DNA of 64,000 bases from a virus: IMG/VR virus record IMGVR_UViG_3300018481_000020, positions 17,458 to 81,457 of that record. The stretch is one strand, 5' to 3'. Below the pieces are notes generated by a model. That model worked only from the letters and a program-made list of their open reading frames with translations. It was not told where the DNA came from and ran no database searches. The position numbers were made by a program, and so were the translations under genes. Shown here piece by piece: positions 17,836 through 26,808 of this stretch (positions are counted from its first letter, which is position 1; each line of letters begins with the position of its first letter).

Positions 17836-19337
17836 GCCAGATCGTACTGGGGCGAGGACCGCGCAGCGATGACGAACTGTACGAGCTGGTCAGGACGCTG
17901 TGGGGAAAGACCATCCCACGGCACAAGGTCTGCCCGGAGCACGACGCCCCCTTCGACGCCTTCGCCGCTGCCTACTTCCGGCGGGGCTCCTCGATCCTGA
18001 TCCACGGCTCGCGTGGCCTGTCCGGCAAGAGCGTGCTGATGTCCATCCTGGGACTCACCGTGGCAGCCGTGCGGGGCAGCGACGTGAACATCGTGGGTGG
18101 CTCCCTGAACCAGTCGATCAACATCCACAACACCATCAGGGACGCTTGGGACTACGAGAACGCACCGAGCTACATGGTCAAGGAGGAGAGCGCGACCAAG
18201 ATCCACCTGTACAACAAGGCGAAGATCATGCCGCTGACCGCCTCCCAGAAGTCCGTGCGTGGCCCGCACCCGCCGACCCTGCTGCTGGATGAGATCGACG
18301 AGATGGAGCTGCCGATCCTGGACGCGGCGCTGGGCCAGCCGCTGCCCCAGGAGAACTGGCAGGGCGAGATCATCCGCCCGCAGACCACGATGAGCTCGAC
18401 CTGGCAGTACCCGGACAAGACCTTCTACACCGTCTACCAGCGGTTCCTGGAGAAGGGCGACCCGATCTACACCTGGTGCTACAAGGACACCTCCAACCCG
18501 ATCGACGGCTGGCTGGACCAGGAGACGATCGATGAGAAGAAGCGGGACATCCCCGCTGAGATGTGGCGAGTCGAGTACGACCTGGGTGAGCCCTCGATCG
18601 GGAACCGTGCGATCGACTCCGAATCGGTGGAGCGGATGTTCTGCCTGGATCCCGAGCCGATCAAGAAGAAGGAGTCCAAGGACTACCTGGAGTACGAGTT
18701 CGAGAAGCCGAAGCAGGACGCCGAGTACGTGATCGGTGCGGACTGGGCCCAGTCCCAGGACTTCACCGTGATCACCGTGGCCGATGTGACCCGGATGCCG
18801 ATCAAGGTCGTCTACTGGCTCCGGGTGCGCCGGCAGCCCTACCCGGTGATGATCGGTCACTTCAACCGGCTGATGAAGGCCTACAACGCCGAGGGCATCC
18901 ACGACGCCACCGGGCTGGGAGCGGTGGTCGCGGACTACGTGGACCGGCGCGCACGGGGCTTCCAGATGGTCGGAGCCCAGCGGGACAACATGCTCAGCGA
19001 GTACATCTCCTCGGTGGAGAACGATCGCTGGAGGGTGCCTCGGGTGCCGATCTTCTACAAGCAGCACCTGTACGCCAGCGTGGAGATGATCTACGCACGC
19101 GGGAAGGAGTTCCACCTCCCCGACGAGATCTGTTCGATGGCACTGGTCTGGCGGATGGTCAGCAAGCGGGCCATCGCTGCCCAGCCGGTGGTGATCGCCG
19201 GCACCAACGATCCGAGCTGGATCGAGAACGAGATGCAGCACAACAAGGACGCCCAGCGGAAGCCCGGCAAGTGGGTCGTCGGCTCGGTGCAGAACAAGAG
19301 CCTGGAAGCGCCACCCGAGTTCGACCTGATGGTATGA
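17832..19337 (+). CDS. terL: terminase large subunit
   Basis: GSRGLSGKS Walker A, LLLDEID Walker B, IGADWA..DFT nuclease motif. Confidence 0.9.
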   Translation: MSQIVLGRGPRSDDELYELVRTLWGKTIPRHKVCPEHDAPFDAFAAAYFRRGSSILIHGSRGLSGKSVLMSILGLTVAAVRGSDVNIVGGSLNQSINIHNTIRDAWDYENAPSYMVKEESATKIHLYNKAKIMPLTASQKSVRGPHPPTLLLDEIDEMELPILDAALGQPLPQENWQGEIIRPQTTMSSTWQYPDKTFYTVYQRFLEKGDPIYTWCYKDTSNPIDGWLDQETIDEKKRDIPAEMWRVEYDLGEPSIGNRAIDSESVERMFCLDPEPIKKKESKDYLEYEFEKPKQDAEYVIGADWAQSQDFTVITVADVTRMPIKVVYWLRVRRQPYPVMIGHFNRLMKAYNAEGIHDATGLGAVVADYVDRRARGFQMVGAQRDNMLSEYISSVENDRWRVPRVPIFYKQHLYASVEMIYARGKEFHLPDEICSMALVWRMVSKRAIAAQPVVIAGTNDPSWIENEMQHNKDAQRKPGKWVVGSVQNKSLEAPPEFDLMV

Positions 19338-19344
19338 GGTAGTT

Positions 19345-19923
19345 ATGACCAAAAATCTTAATGTGGGCGATGTGATCTGTACCCGCAGCGACAGTCCACA
19401 GAGCGCGTGGATCAGGTTCCAAGCCGCGATCATGGGCCGGCCGAACACCGTCAACCACGTGGCCATCTTCATGGGCCCTGGCTCAGACAATGTTGATCGG
19501 GTGATCGAGGCCCGACCAGGTGGAGTGGGCTGGCGTGATGCCGCCTCCTACCTGGAGGACTACTGGACCATCGACAACTCCGAGCAGCCGAAGACAGCAC
19601 GCCATCGGGAGAAGATCGGCAAGGCTGCGCTCGCACTGCTGGGCACCCCGTACGACTGGGTCGGGATCGGGCAGAACGCGATGGAGGCGATCCATGCCCC
19701 GGACATCTACCGGAGCAAGCGTTGGAAGAACGGGAAGTCCCCGGACCACGTGGTCTGCAGCTCGTTGGCTGACTGGGTCTACGCCGAGGCCGGCCTGGCC
19801 AACCCGGGCAAGACCGGACGGGGCGACGCACTCACCACCCCAGGGGACTGGGCCGAGTTCATCGTGACCAAGGCCTGGGAGCGGTTCGAGCGCCCTCGCG
19901 GAGTGACACCGTCCGGAGAATGA
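19345..19923 (+). CDS. permuted NlpC/P60 (YiiX/YaeF-like) peptidase/amidase
   Basis: GDVI...HVAIF...IEA...PYD...CSSL order (His before Cys). Confidence 0.75.
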   Translation: MTKNLNVGDVICTRSDSPQSAWIRFQAAIMGRPNTVNHVAIFMGPGSDNVDRVIEARPGGVGWRDAASYLEDYWTIDNSEQPKTARHREKIGKAALALLGTPYDWVGIGQNAMEAIHAPDIYRSKRWKNGKSPDHVVCSSLADWVYAEAGLANPGKTGRGDALTTPGDWAEFIVTKAWERFERPRGVTPSGE

Positions 19924-19927
19924 AGTC
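19896..19927 (+). promoter_or_regulatory. conserved late-promoter-like motif, copy 4 (subtype B)
   Basis: TCGCGGAGTGACA-N7-GAGAAT-N6-ATG. Confidence 0.6.
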
Positions 19928-20296
19928 ATGGCAGGGATCTCATTAGCACCAGCAGTGCTGGACGTGTCTGGGATCAGAGCCGGCGACCGGAACATGTTCC
20001 AGCTCACAATCCGGACCAGCGGTACCGCCTTGAACCTGACTGGATACGAGATCACCGCTCAGGCTCGCACCACGGCTTCCGCTCCAGCTCACCTCGATGC
20101 CGTGGTGACCATCACCAACGAGACCGGTGGGGTTTGTCTGGTCCGGTGGCCAGGCGAGGCCGTGCGTACCTGGCTGGGCGGGCAGAACTCCGTCAATGGC
20201 GTCTGGGATCTCCAGCTGCTCGATTCGGCTGGGAACGATCCCTGGACGGTACTGACCGGGAGCTTCAAGGCCGAGATGGATGTCACCCATGAGTGA
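19928..20296 (+). CDS. virion structural / fibre adaptor protein
   Basis: LNLTGY...AQAR...GVWDLQL...LTG.F; similar to 6316..6702. Confidence 0.6.
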   Translation: MAGISLAPAVLDVSGIRAGDRNMFQLTIRTSGTALNLTGYEITAQARTTASAPAHLDAVVTITNETGGVCLVRWPGEAVRTWLGGQNSVNGVWDLQLLDSAGNDPWTVLTGSFKAEMDVTHE

Positions 20297-20582
20297 GTAC
20301 GTAGAGATCACCATAGATCTGAACAACTCCCCGGCGGTCACGATCCCCGGCGCTTCCGCCGATATCACCTTCACCGCGCCGACACCATCAGTCACTGTGC
20401 AGGCCGAGGCCCCTGCGATCACCGTGGGTGTTCCCGGACCTGCCGGTCCCGGGATGGCAGTGGTGCATCATGGGACAAATCCCAACGTAGCCCGACCTGC
20501 AGCCCCCTGGGTGCTCTGGTTGGGCACCGCCACTCCCGCCAACGCCCTCGCCTGGGATGCGTGGGAGACCGAGAACATCTAG
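20289..20582 (+). CDS. small structural protein with a short collagen motif
   Basis: GVPGPAGPG; ARP...V.W.G...P.NA...D.W. Confidence 0.55.
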   Translation: MSEYVEITIDLNNSPAVTIPGASADITFTAPTPSVTVQAEAPAITVGVPGPAGPGMAVVHHGTNPNVARPAAPWVLWLGTATPANALAWDAWETENI

Positions 20583-20590
20583 GAGATCTG

Positions 20591-20812
20591 ATGGAAGCCG
20601 AACGACCAGTCCGTGGATGCGACATTTGTGGCATCTCGGATGACCACCCTCGTCACGTCATCGGCACGGCCGACGGCGGAACTTCGATGCGGCACATGGA
20701 CTGCTGCCGCGAGGCGGGATGCCCCGATGGCACCTGCGATGTGGTCACCAAGGGAGCCTTTGATCTTCGTGGTGACGAGCTGGTGCAGCACCTGACAACG
20801 AGGAGTGAATGA
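20591..20812 (+). CDS. Cys/His-rich small protein
   Basis: AGGAG RBS; CDIC...HPRH...HMDCC...C...C. Confidence 0.6.
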   Translation: MEAERPVRGCDICGISDDHPRHVIGTADGGTSMRHMDCCREAGCPDGTCDVVTKGAFDLRGDELVQHLTTRSE

Positions 20813-20813
20813 G

Positions 20814-21212
20814 ATGGCACTAGACCAGACCCGGGCGAACGAGATCCTGACCTGGATGCACGGCGGTGCCGCTCCCACGGCACTGACCGGTCCGATCCGG
20901 GTTCGACAGATGACCGCGAACGGCACCGCGACGGCCAACGGAACCGAGGTCGCCACTGGTGGTGGCTATACCTCCGGCGTCGGTGCGCCCTCGGTGACCT
21001 ACGGGGCGGCTGCGACCGGCACCCAGGCCACCAACGCGGCGATCAACATCACCAACTACCCCAGGGTAGAGACGGTGAACGGCGTCGAGATCTGGGACTC
21101 CGGCGGTACCCCGAAGCGGGTGGAGTGGGGAGCCCTGGCCTCGCCCAAGACGATGGCCATCGGTGACACCCTGTCCTACGCCTCGGGAGCCATCACCTCC
21201 GCGCTGGCCTGA
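20814..21212 (+). CDS. fibre/baseplate-associated structural protein
   Basis: EV..GGGY...IWD...G.L..PKT...GD; paralogous to 49743 and 53410. Confidence 0.65.
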   Translation: MALDQTRANEILTWMHGGAAPTALTGPIRVRQMTANGTATANGTEVATGGGYTSGVGAPSVTYGAAATGTQATNAAINITNYPRVETVNGVEIWDSGGTPKRVEWGALASPKTMAIGDTLSYASGAITSALA

Positions 21213-21238
21213 TCCGCACCCCGAGAAAGGGGTGAGCG

Positions 21239-23740
21239 ATGGCTGTCGCGTTCGTCCGTAGCCACGGCAACTCGTTCATCAAGGTCAACGGCGGCACTGT
21301 CTACCTCACCACGTCGCTGGTCCCTGCGGGCAGCCTGCTGGTCATGGCTATGGTGCACGACAACACAGCGACTGCCAACAGCCCGACCGCCTCGATCATC
21401 TCCAAGGGTGCGGGCGAGACCAACTCGTGGGTGCTCCTCGGGCGGGCCACCTATCCAAATGCCGGTACTGCTGGTGCGTTCGCCAGCGGTGAGTTGTGGG
21501 TGATCAAGACCACGGTGGACTGGGCCAGCGGCACCTCGCTGAGCTGCCAGTACACCCCCACGAACACGATGAAGGCCCAGAACCTCCTGGAGTTCTCCGG
21601 GGCCGAGGCGACGGTGCGTGGCACAGTCGGGACGGCTTACTCCACCACGACTACAGCGGCCAACGCATCGACCTCCTCCAGCACTGCTGTGATCGGTGAT
21701 CTAGCCCTTGGACTTCTCTTCGGTTCCAATGTCGCGGCTGCCCAAGCCGGGAGCACTCACGCTCTCGGCGGTACGTGGAGTACTCCCATTGGGGTCGGGT
21801 CCACGGGCGGCAACGTAGCCACCAACAACTTCGGCGTCGCCCAGTACAAGACGATGAACGCCGCCGCTTTCGCGTCGATGGTCAACTCGGCAGCGATGAC
21901 GGCGGGCAACGGCTCCATTTGTGCGATCTTGCAACCTGCTCTCGTTACCCAGCAGGCCACGGCATCGTTGGTCGCCACCTCCACCTTGGAGGCCGCCGGC
22001 TTCCAGCAGACACAGGCGACCGCAGCCCTGGTAGCCACCTCGACACTGACTGCCACTGCTACGCGCACGGCTGCGGGCGTAACCAGCTACCGCGTGCTGG
22101 ATGAGTTCACGCCGCCCGACAACAACTTCACTGATACTGCACCGATCACGGTCAGCATGGAGTTCTACGTCGATGCAGACGGATGCACGGCGACAAAGGC
22201 GTACTTCGACCGTTCGACTGCCTTTGCCTCCGACACATGGACGATGAAGTTGTGGCAGGTGGATAGCCCCACTACGGGCACAGTGCTCGCCACGAAGGCG
22301 CTCACCTATGACGCAGCCACTCCGGCTGGCTGGGTAGCAGTCACCTTCGACAGCCCGGTCCCGCTGACGGCCAACCAGCGATACCGGGTTTCCGGGACAC
22401 CGGCTTCTGAGAACTACGCTGCGACCGGGGGTTGGTGGACGGGTACTGGACCGGGTGCTGCGGGGATAGACGACGGACCACTGCACGCACCGCCGTCCGG
22501 CACTCCGGGGCAGGGCCAGTTCGTCTACTCGACCAATGGCTTCACGGTCGAGTCCTTCAACGGCGGCAACTACTGGGTTGATATCGAGGTCAGTGCTCCC
22601 GGTGCCGGTGGCCCGGTCACCCAGCAAGCTACTGCTGCCCTGGTCGCGACCTCGACCCTGACTGCGACGGCTGTTCGTCAGCCGCAAGCCGCTGCCAGTC
22701 TGACCGCCACCTCGACCTTGACCACTACGGCTGTTCGGGTGCCCCAGGCGACCGCTGCCCTGGTTGCGACCTCGACGCTGACCACCACCGGCGTGCGCGT
22801 ACCACAGGCTGCCGTCAGTCTTATCGCCACTTCCACACTGGCTGCCACCAGTGTGGTCACTCGGTTCGCAGCTGCCGCTCTGACGGCTGCCTCGACGTTT
22901 GGTGCGGCTGGTGTGCGGGAGCCCCAGGCAGCGGTACCGCTGGTGGCTACCTCCACTCTGACCGTCACAGCACTGCGGACCGTGCCGGCAAGTGCTGCTC
23001 TCACCGCTACCTCGACGTTGACCAGCGAAGCGGTCGGAGTCGGTGTCGTCTCAGCAAGTGCTTCGCTGACTGCGGTCTCCACGCTGACCGCCGGCGCTGT
23101 TCGGGAACCACAAGCAGCAGCCTCCCTGGTCAGCACCTCCACGCTGAGCGTCACCGGTACCCGGACCCAGCTGGCGACCGCCGCCCTGACTGCCTCCTCG
23201 ACCCTGGCTGCGTCGGCAGTACGGGTACCCCAAGCCGCTGCCAGCCTTACTGCCACCTCCACCCTCACCGTCACAGCGGTGCGCGTGGTTGTTGCCTCGG
23301 CACCCCTGAGCGCTACCTCTACGCTGGCCTCGGCAGCGGTAGGCATCGGCATCGTCCAGGCCACGGCCACCCTGAGCGCCACCTCGACCCTGAGTGTGAC
23401 CGGTACTCGGGTTCCTCAAGCAGCAGCCTCACTGGTCGCCACCTCGACACTGACCACCATCGGCGTGCGGGTATCTGGGGCGACAGTGGTCCTGAGCGCC
23501 ACCTCCACACTGACCGTCACGGGTGTACGGGTAGCCCAGGCGACGGTCGCTCTGAGTGCCACCTCGACACTGAGCATCGCTGGCGTCCGGGTGCCACAGG
23601 CCGCCGCATCACTGGTGGCTGCTTCGGTCCTGTCTACTACCGGGACTGTCTCCGTCATGGGGACTATCCGGAACCTCAGTGGGGCTGCCATCCAGGTCAG
23701 ACATCCAGATGCGAGCTGGCATGCCCTCACTCCTGTCTGA
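21239..23740 (+). CDS. fibre/adhesin-like virion protein with DUF4082-like domain and 20-aa repeats
   Basis: GWVAVTFDSPV...GPLHAP...NYWVDI (DUF4082-like) and ~19 A.A.L.ATSTL repeats. Confidence 0.7.
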   Translation: MAVAFVRSHGNSFIKVNGGTVYLTTSLVPAGSLLVMAMVHDNTATANSPTASIISKGAGETNSWVLLGRATYPNAGTAGAFASGELWVIKTTVDWASGTSLSCQYTPTNTMKAQNLLEFSGAEATVRGTVGTAYSTTTTAANASTSSSTAVIGDLALGLLFGSNVAAAQAGSTHALGGTWSTPIGVGSTGGNVATNNFGVAQYKTMNAAAFASMVNSAAMTAGNGSICAILQPALVTQQATASLVATSTLEAAGFQQTQATAALVATSTLTATATRTAAGVTSYRVLDEFTPPDNNFTDTAPITVSMEFYVDADGCTATKAYFDRSTAFASDTWTMKLWQVDSPTTGTVLATKALTYDAATPAGWVAVTFDSPVPLTANQRYRVSGTPASENYAATGGWWTGTGPGAAGIDDGPLHAPPSGTPGQGQFVYSTNGFTVESFNGGNYWVDIEVSAPGAGGPVTQQATAALVATSTLTATAVRQPQAAASLTATSTLTTTAVRVPQATAALVATSTLTTTGVRVPQAAVSLIATSTLAATSVVTRFAAAALTAASTFGAAGVREPQAAVPLVATSTLTVTALRTVPASAALTATSTLTSEAVGVGVVSASASLTAVSTLTAGAVREPQAAASLVSTSTLSVTGTRTQLATAALTASSTLAASAVRVPQAAASLTATSTLTVTAVRVVVASAPLSATSTLASAAVGIGIVQATATLSATSTLSVTGTRVPQAAASLVATSTLTTIGVRVSGATVVLSATSTLTVTGVRVAQATVALSATSTLSIAGVRVPQAAASLVAASVLSTTGTVSVMGTIRNLSGAAIQVRHPDASWHALTPV
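22620..23650 (+). repeat. 17 tandem ~60-bp coding repeats
   Basis: VPQAAASLVATSTLTxTGVR-like unit. Confidence 0.9.
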
Positions 23741-23741
23741 G

Positions 23742-23773
23742 TCGCGGAGTGACATTGCCGGGAGACTGGAGGC
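23742..23773 (+). promoter_or_regulatory. conserved late-promoter-like motif, copy 5 (subtype B)
   Basis: TCGCGGAGTGACA-N7-GAGACT-N6-ATG; 13 bp identical to copy 4. Confidence 0.6.
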
Positions 23774-24658
23774 ATGAGGAGTGCGTTCGGAGTCGAGCAT
23801 GTGGTGGCTGCGCCAGTCTCGAAGTCGCTCAGTGGCGGAGTCTTCAAGCCGGCCTCGAAGCTGAGCCAGGCTGAGCGCAAGACGGTGGGTGGCTACCGGA
23901 AGGCCAAGGGTGTCACCACCAGTGACGCGGAGTGGGCCAGGAACATGGGACAGGTCAAGCGACTCCACGACCAGCCCCATCCGGGAATGAGACACACCAA
24001 GACGGTGCACGGCAAGCAAGGAACCACTGAGCACTACAAGCACAACAGTCGCTCCACCGTGGTGCCACCGGGAGCTGAGGGGTTCCATGTCCGTACCGGG
24101 GGCAAGAAGGGCACCTCCTACATCCACATGAAGGACAGCGCTGGCAAGAGCGTGACCAGGCACGAGGTGGCCCACTCCACCCCGAAACGCACCAGCTACC
24201 GGATGAAGCAGATCGTCGACAACCCGAAGAAGACGATGGCCGAGGAGGGCCGGGCGGACTACGTCGCCTCGGGGCACTACCTGAAGAAGAAGCCCCAGAG
24301 TGGCTATGCCCAATCAGCTCGGTACCGCAACGCCGAGGCACGTGGGGAGAAGAGCGCGAAGAGTGCCCGGAAGTATGGTGGCAAGCCAGCGCGTGGTCTC
24401 ATGCGCGCAAGAAACGCACCATCTCGGTTCAAGGTGAAGCAAGCCAGTGGTTCGATGTCTCGAACGATGAACAAGCCAGTGGGTCGTCAGGAGATCGACG
24501 AGTACCGCCGGGTGCAGGACAAGATGCATGGCGGAGCTCCGAAGACTCCCGGGATGAGCACTCGCAAGAAGGTGGCCATCGGAGCCGGCACTACCGGTGT
24601 GGCCGGTGGCGGTACCTACGCTGTTTCGCGGAACAGGAAGAAGAGGTCGAATGGCTGA
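23774..24658 (+). CDS. SAFGVEH-leader basic protein with a zincin-like motif
   Basis: MRSAFGVEH...VSK; HEVAH...EEGRAD; C-terminal Gly-rich segment and basic tail. Confidence 0.7.
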   Translation: MRSAFGVEHVVAAPVSKSLSGGVFKPASKLSQAERKTVGGYRKAKGVTTSDAEWARNMGQVKRLHDQPHPGMRHTKTVHGKQGTTEHYKHNSRSTVVPPGAEGFHVRTGGKKGTSYIHMKDSAGKSVTRHEVAHSTPKRTSYRMKQIVDNPKKTMAEEGRADYVASGHYLKKKPQSGYAQSARYRNAEARGEKSAKSARKYGGKPARGLMRARNAPSRFKVKQASGSMSRTMNKPVGRQEIDEYRRVQDKMHGGAPKTPGMSTRKKVAIGAGTTGVAGGGTYAVSRNRKKRSNG

Positions 24659-26534
24659 CGTGCGGCTCCCTCAGGGCGACATCTCCACCTGGGACGAGGA
24701 CAACGCAGGGGACGAGGTTCCACAGCGCACCAAGCCCATGGACGAGCTGGGTGTCACCGGGGTCAAGCGTGTCTCTGGCTATGTCGATGAGGAGTTCTTG
24801 CCGGCGCTTCGGGGCCGCAAGGCGGTCCGGGTCTACCGGGAGATGTCTGCCAACGACTCCATGGTCGGTGCGCTGCTGTTCAGTATCGACAAGCTGCTGC
24901 GCGAGGTGGAGTGGAAGGTGCTCCCCGCCGAGCAGTCTGATGAGGGAGTAGCCGCCCAGGAGTTCCTGGAGTCCTGCATGGACGACATGAACGAGCCGTG
25001 GGATGGGTTCATCGGTGAGGTGCTCTCGATGATGACCTATGGCTGGAGCTGGCACGAGATCGTCTACAAGCGCCGGATCGGTCCCTGGGAGAAGGATCCC
25101 CGCAAGCGCAGCAAGTACCAGGACGGGCTGATCGGGTGGCGCAAGATGCCGATCCGGGCCCAGGAGACATTAATGCGCTGGTCCTTCGACGAGACCGGTG
25201 GGGTGAAGGCGATGATCCAGATGGCCCCGCCCCGGTACCAGACAACGGTGATCCCGATCGAGAAGTCGATCCTGTTCCGGACCGCGATCGCCAAGGGCAA
25301 CCCCGAAGGCGTCTCGCTGCTGCGTACCGCCTATCGCGCCTGGTACTTCAAGAAGCGTCTGGAGGAGTTCGAGGCGATCGGTGTCGAGCGCGACCTGGCC
25401 GGGATGCCGGTGGCCAAGGTGCCGGCGGACTACCTGACCGCAGCCAAGGGCACGCCCCAGGCCAAGACGGTGGATGCCTACCGGAAGATGGTCCGTGGGG
25501 TGCGGCGGGACGAGAACGAAGGACTGGTGCTCCCGAACCAGTACGACCCGGACACCAAGCAGCCACTGTTCGAGTTCGAGCTGATGAGCTCGGGAGGAAC
25601 CCGGCAGTTCGACACGAACTCGATCATCCAGCGCTACGAGCAGCGGATCCTGATGAGCGTGCTGGCCGACTTCATCCTGGTCGGGCACGAGTCAACCGGC
25701 TCCTACTCGTTGCACACTGACAAGACCGGGATCTTCCGGGCAGCCCTGAACTCCCTCGTCAAGTCCATCGCGGACACCTTGAACAGGTATGCAGTGCCTC
25801 GGCTATTCGCCCTGAACGGCTGGAAGCTCGACGAGCTGCCCAGGTTCGAGCCCACCAACGTGGACCCGCCCGATCTGACCCAGCTGGCCTCGTTCATCTC
25901 GGCCACCGCTGGTTCGGGGATGCAGTGGTTCCCGGACCCGGAGCTGGAGAAGTACGTGCGCGAGATCGCGCGCCTGCCGGAGATGACGGATGAGGATGTG
26001 GACTACAAGCGTCAGATGCGCCAGCAGGAGCAGGCGATGGAGTTCGCTGGCTCCCAGATGGAGCTGCTCGGGATGAAGCAGAAGGCCGAGATGACCGCTC
26101 AGGGATACACGCCGGAGCAGGCCGAGATGGCCGCTGCCTCACCGACACCGGAGATGGCTGCCCAGGAGGCTGAGCAGGCTCAGATGATGAACCAGCCGCC
26201 CCCGGAGGATCCGGCCGAGGGAGCTCGGCACAGCCGAGACCTGGAGCGGATGACCACCGAGGAGAAGATCGCGGAGAAGACCCATGCTCGGGAGAAGGAG
26301 AAGCTGCGGCTCCAGGACACCATGTCCAACCGAGACCACGGTAGGACCAAGGAGCAGATGCGCCTGAAGGACCGCTCGGCGGCCCAGAATGCGAAACTGA
26401 CCTCACAGACCCTGAAGGACAAGGCCAAGTACAGCCGGCCCAGCCAGGGACCTGCGAAGCCACCTGCAAAGAAGCCTCCTGCGAAGAAGTCCAACGTGGC
26501 CGCGAAGAAGCCACCACCGAAGAAGAAGAGGTAG
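24651..26534 (+). CDS. portal protein (Mu gp29/DUF935-like)
   Basis: YG.S.HEIVY, GNPEGVSLLR.AY.AW.FK, ERDLAGMP motifs; position after TerL. Confidence 0.9.
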   Translation: MADVRLPQGDISTWDEDNAGDEVPQRTKPMDELGVTGVKRVSGYVDEEFLPALRGRKAVRVYREMSANDSMVGALLFSIDKLLREVEWKVLPAEQSDEGVAAQEFLESCMDDMNEPWDGFIGEVLSMMTYGWSWHEIVYKRRIGPWEKDPRKRSKYQDGLIGWRKMPIRAQETLMRWSFDETGGVKAMIQMAPPRYQTTVIPIEKSILFRTAIAKGNPEGVSLLRTAYRAWYFKKRLEEFEAIGVERDLAGMPVAKVPADYLTAAKGTPQAKTVDAYRKMVRGVRRDENEGLVLPNQYDPDTKQPLFEFELMSSGGTRQFDTNSIIQRYEQRILMSVLADFILVGHESTGSYSLHTDKTGIFRAALNSLVKSIADTLNRYAVPRLFALNGWKLDELPRFEPTNVDPPDLTQLASFISATAGSGMQWFPDPELEKYVREIARLPEMTDEDVDYKRQMRQQEQAMEFAGSQMELLGMKQKAEMTAQGYTPEQAEMAAASPTPEMAAQEAEQAQMMNQPPPEDPAEGARHSRDLERMTTEEKIAEKTHAREKEKLRLQDTMSNRDHGRTKEQMRLKDRSAAQNAKLTSQTLKDKAKYSRPSQGPAKPPAKKPPAKKSNVAAKKPPPKKKR

Positions 26535-26536
26535 TC

Positions 26537-26806
26537 ATGTACAGCGCATTCGGTGTAGATCATGGAGTGGTATCCACGACGACAGTCTCCAAGGGCCTCA
26601 ACCCGTTCAAGGCGTTCGTGGGAGCGAAGAAGGCCAAGCCGGCGGCTCAGTTCAAGCCCGTCAATCCCGGAATCAATCCTGGGTTCGGAACTCGAAAGAT
26701 CGCTCCCGGTGGACCAGTGCAGCGTGGATCCAGTGGTGGCTCGAACGCCATGGAGGACCAGCGGAAGACCGCTCTAGCTGCGGTACAGAAGCCACGGAAG
26801 GTGTAG
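26537..26806 (+). CDS. SAFGVDH-leader small basic protein
   Basis: MYSAFGVDHGVVSTTTVSK. Confidence 0.7.
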   Translation: MYSAFGVDHGVVSTTTVSKGLNPFKAFVGAKKAKPAAQFKPVNPGINPGFGTRKIAPGGPVQRGSSGGSNAMEDQRKTALAAVQKPRKV

Positions 26807-26808
26807 CC

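Noticed and set aside
17832-19337. Intein or intron in terminase, portal or capsid
   Set aside because: Lengths are normal and no splice-junction motifs or interruptions were seen.
17742-19490. Long antisense ORFs (also 3779..5038, 46082..47668, 58537..60108, 60329..62335)
   Set aside because: Shadow frames opposite well-supported genes, expected from high GC3; they contain no recognisable motifs.
23774-23800. SAFG leader as a DNA regulatory repeat or Sec/Tat signal
   Set aside because: Copies vary at synonymous positions while the protein is conserved, and there is no hydrophobic core or twin-arginine motif.
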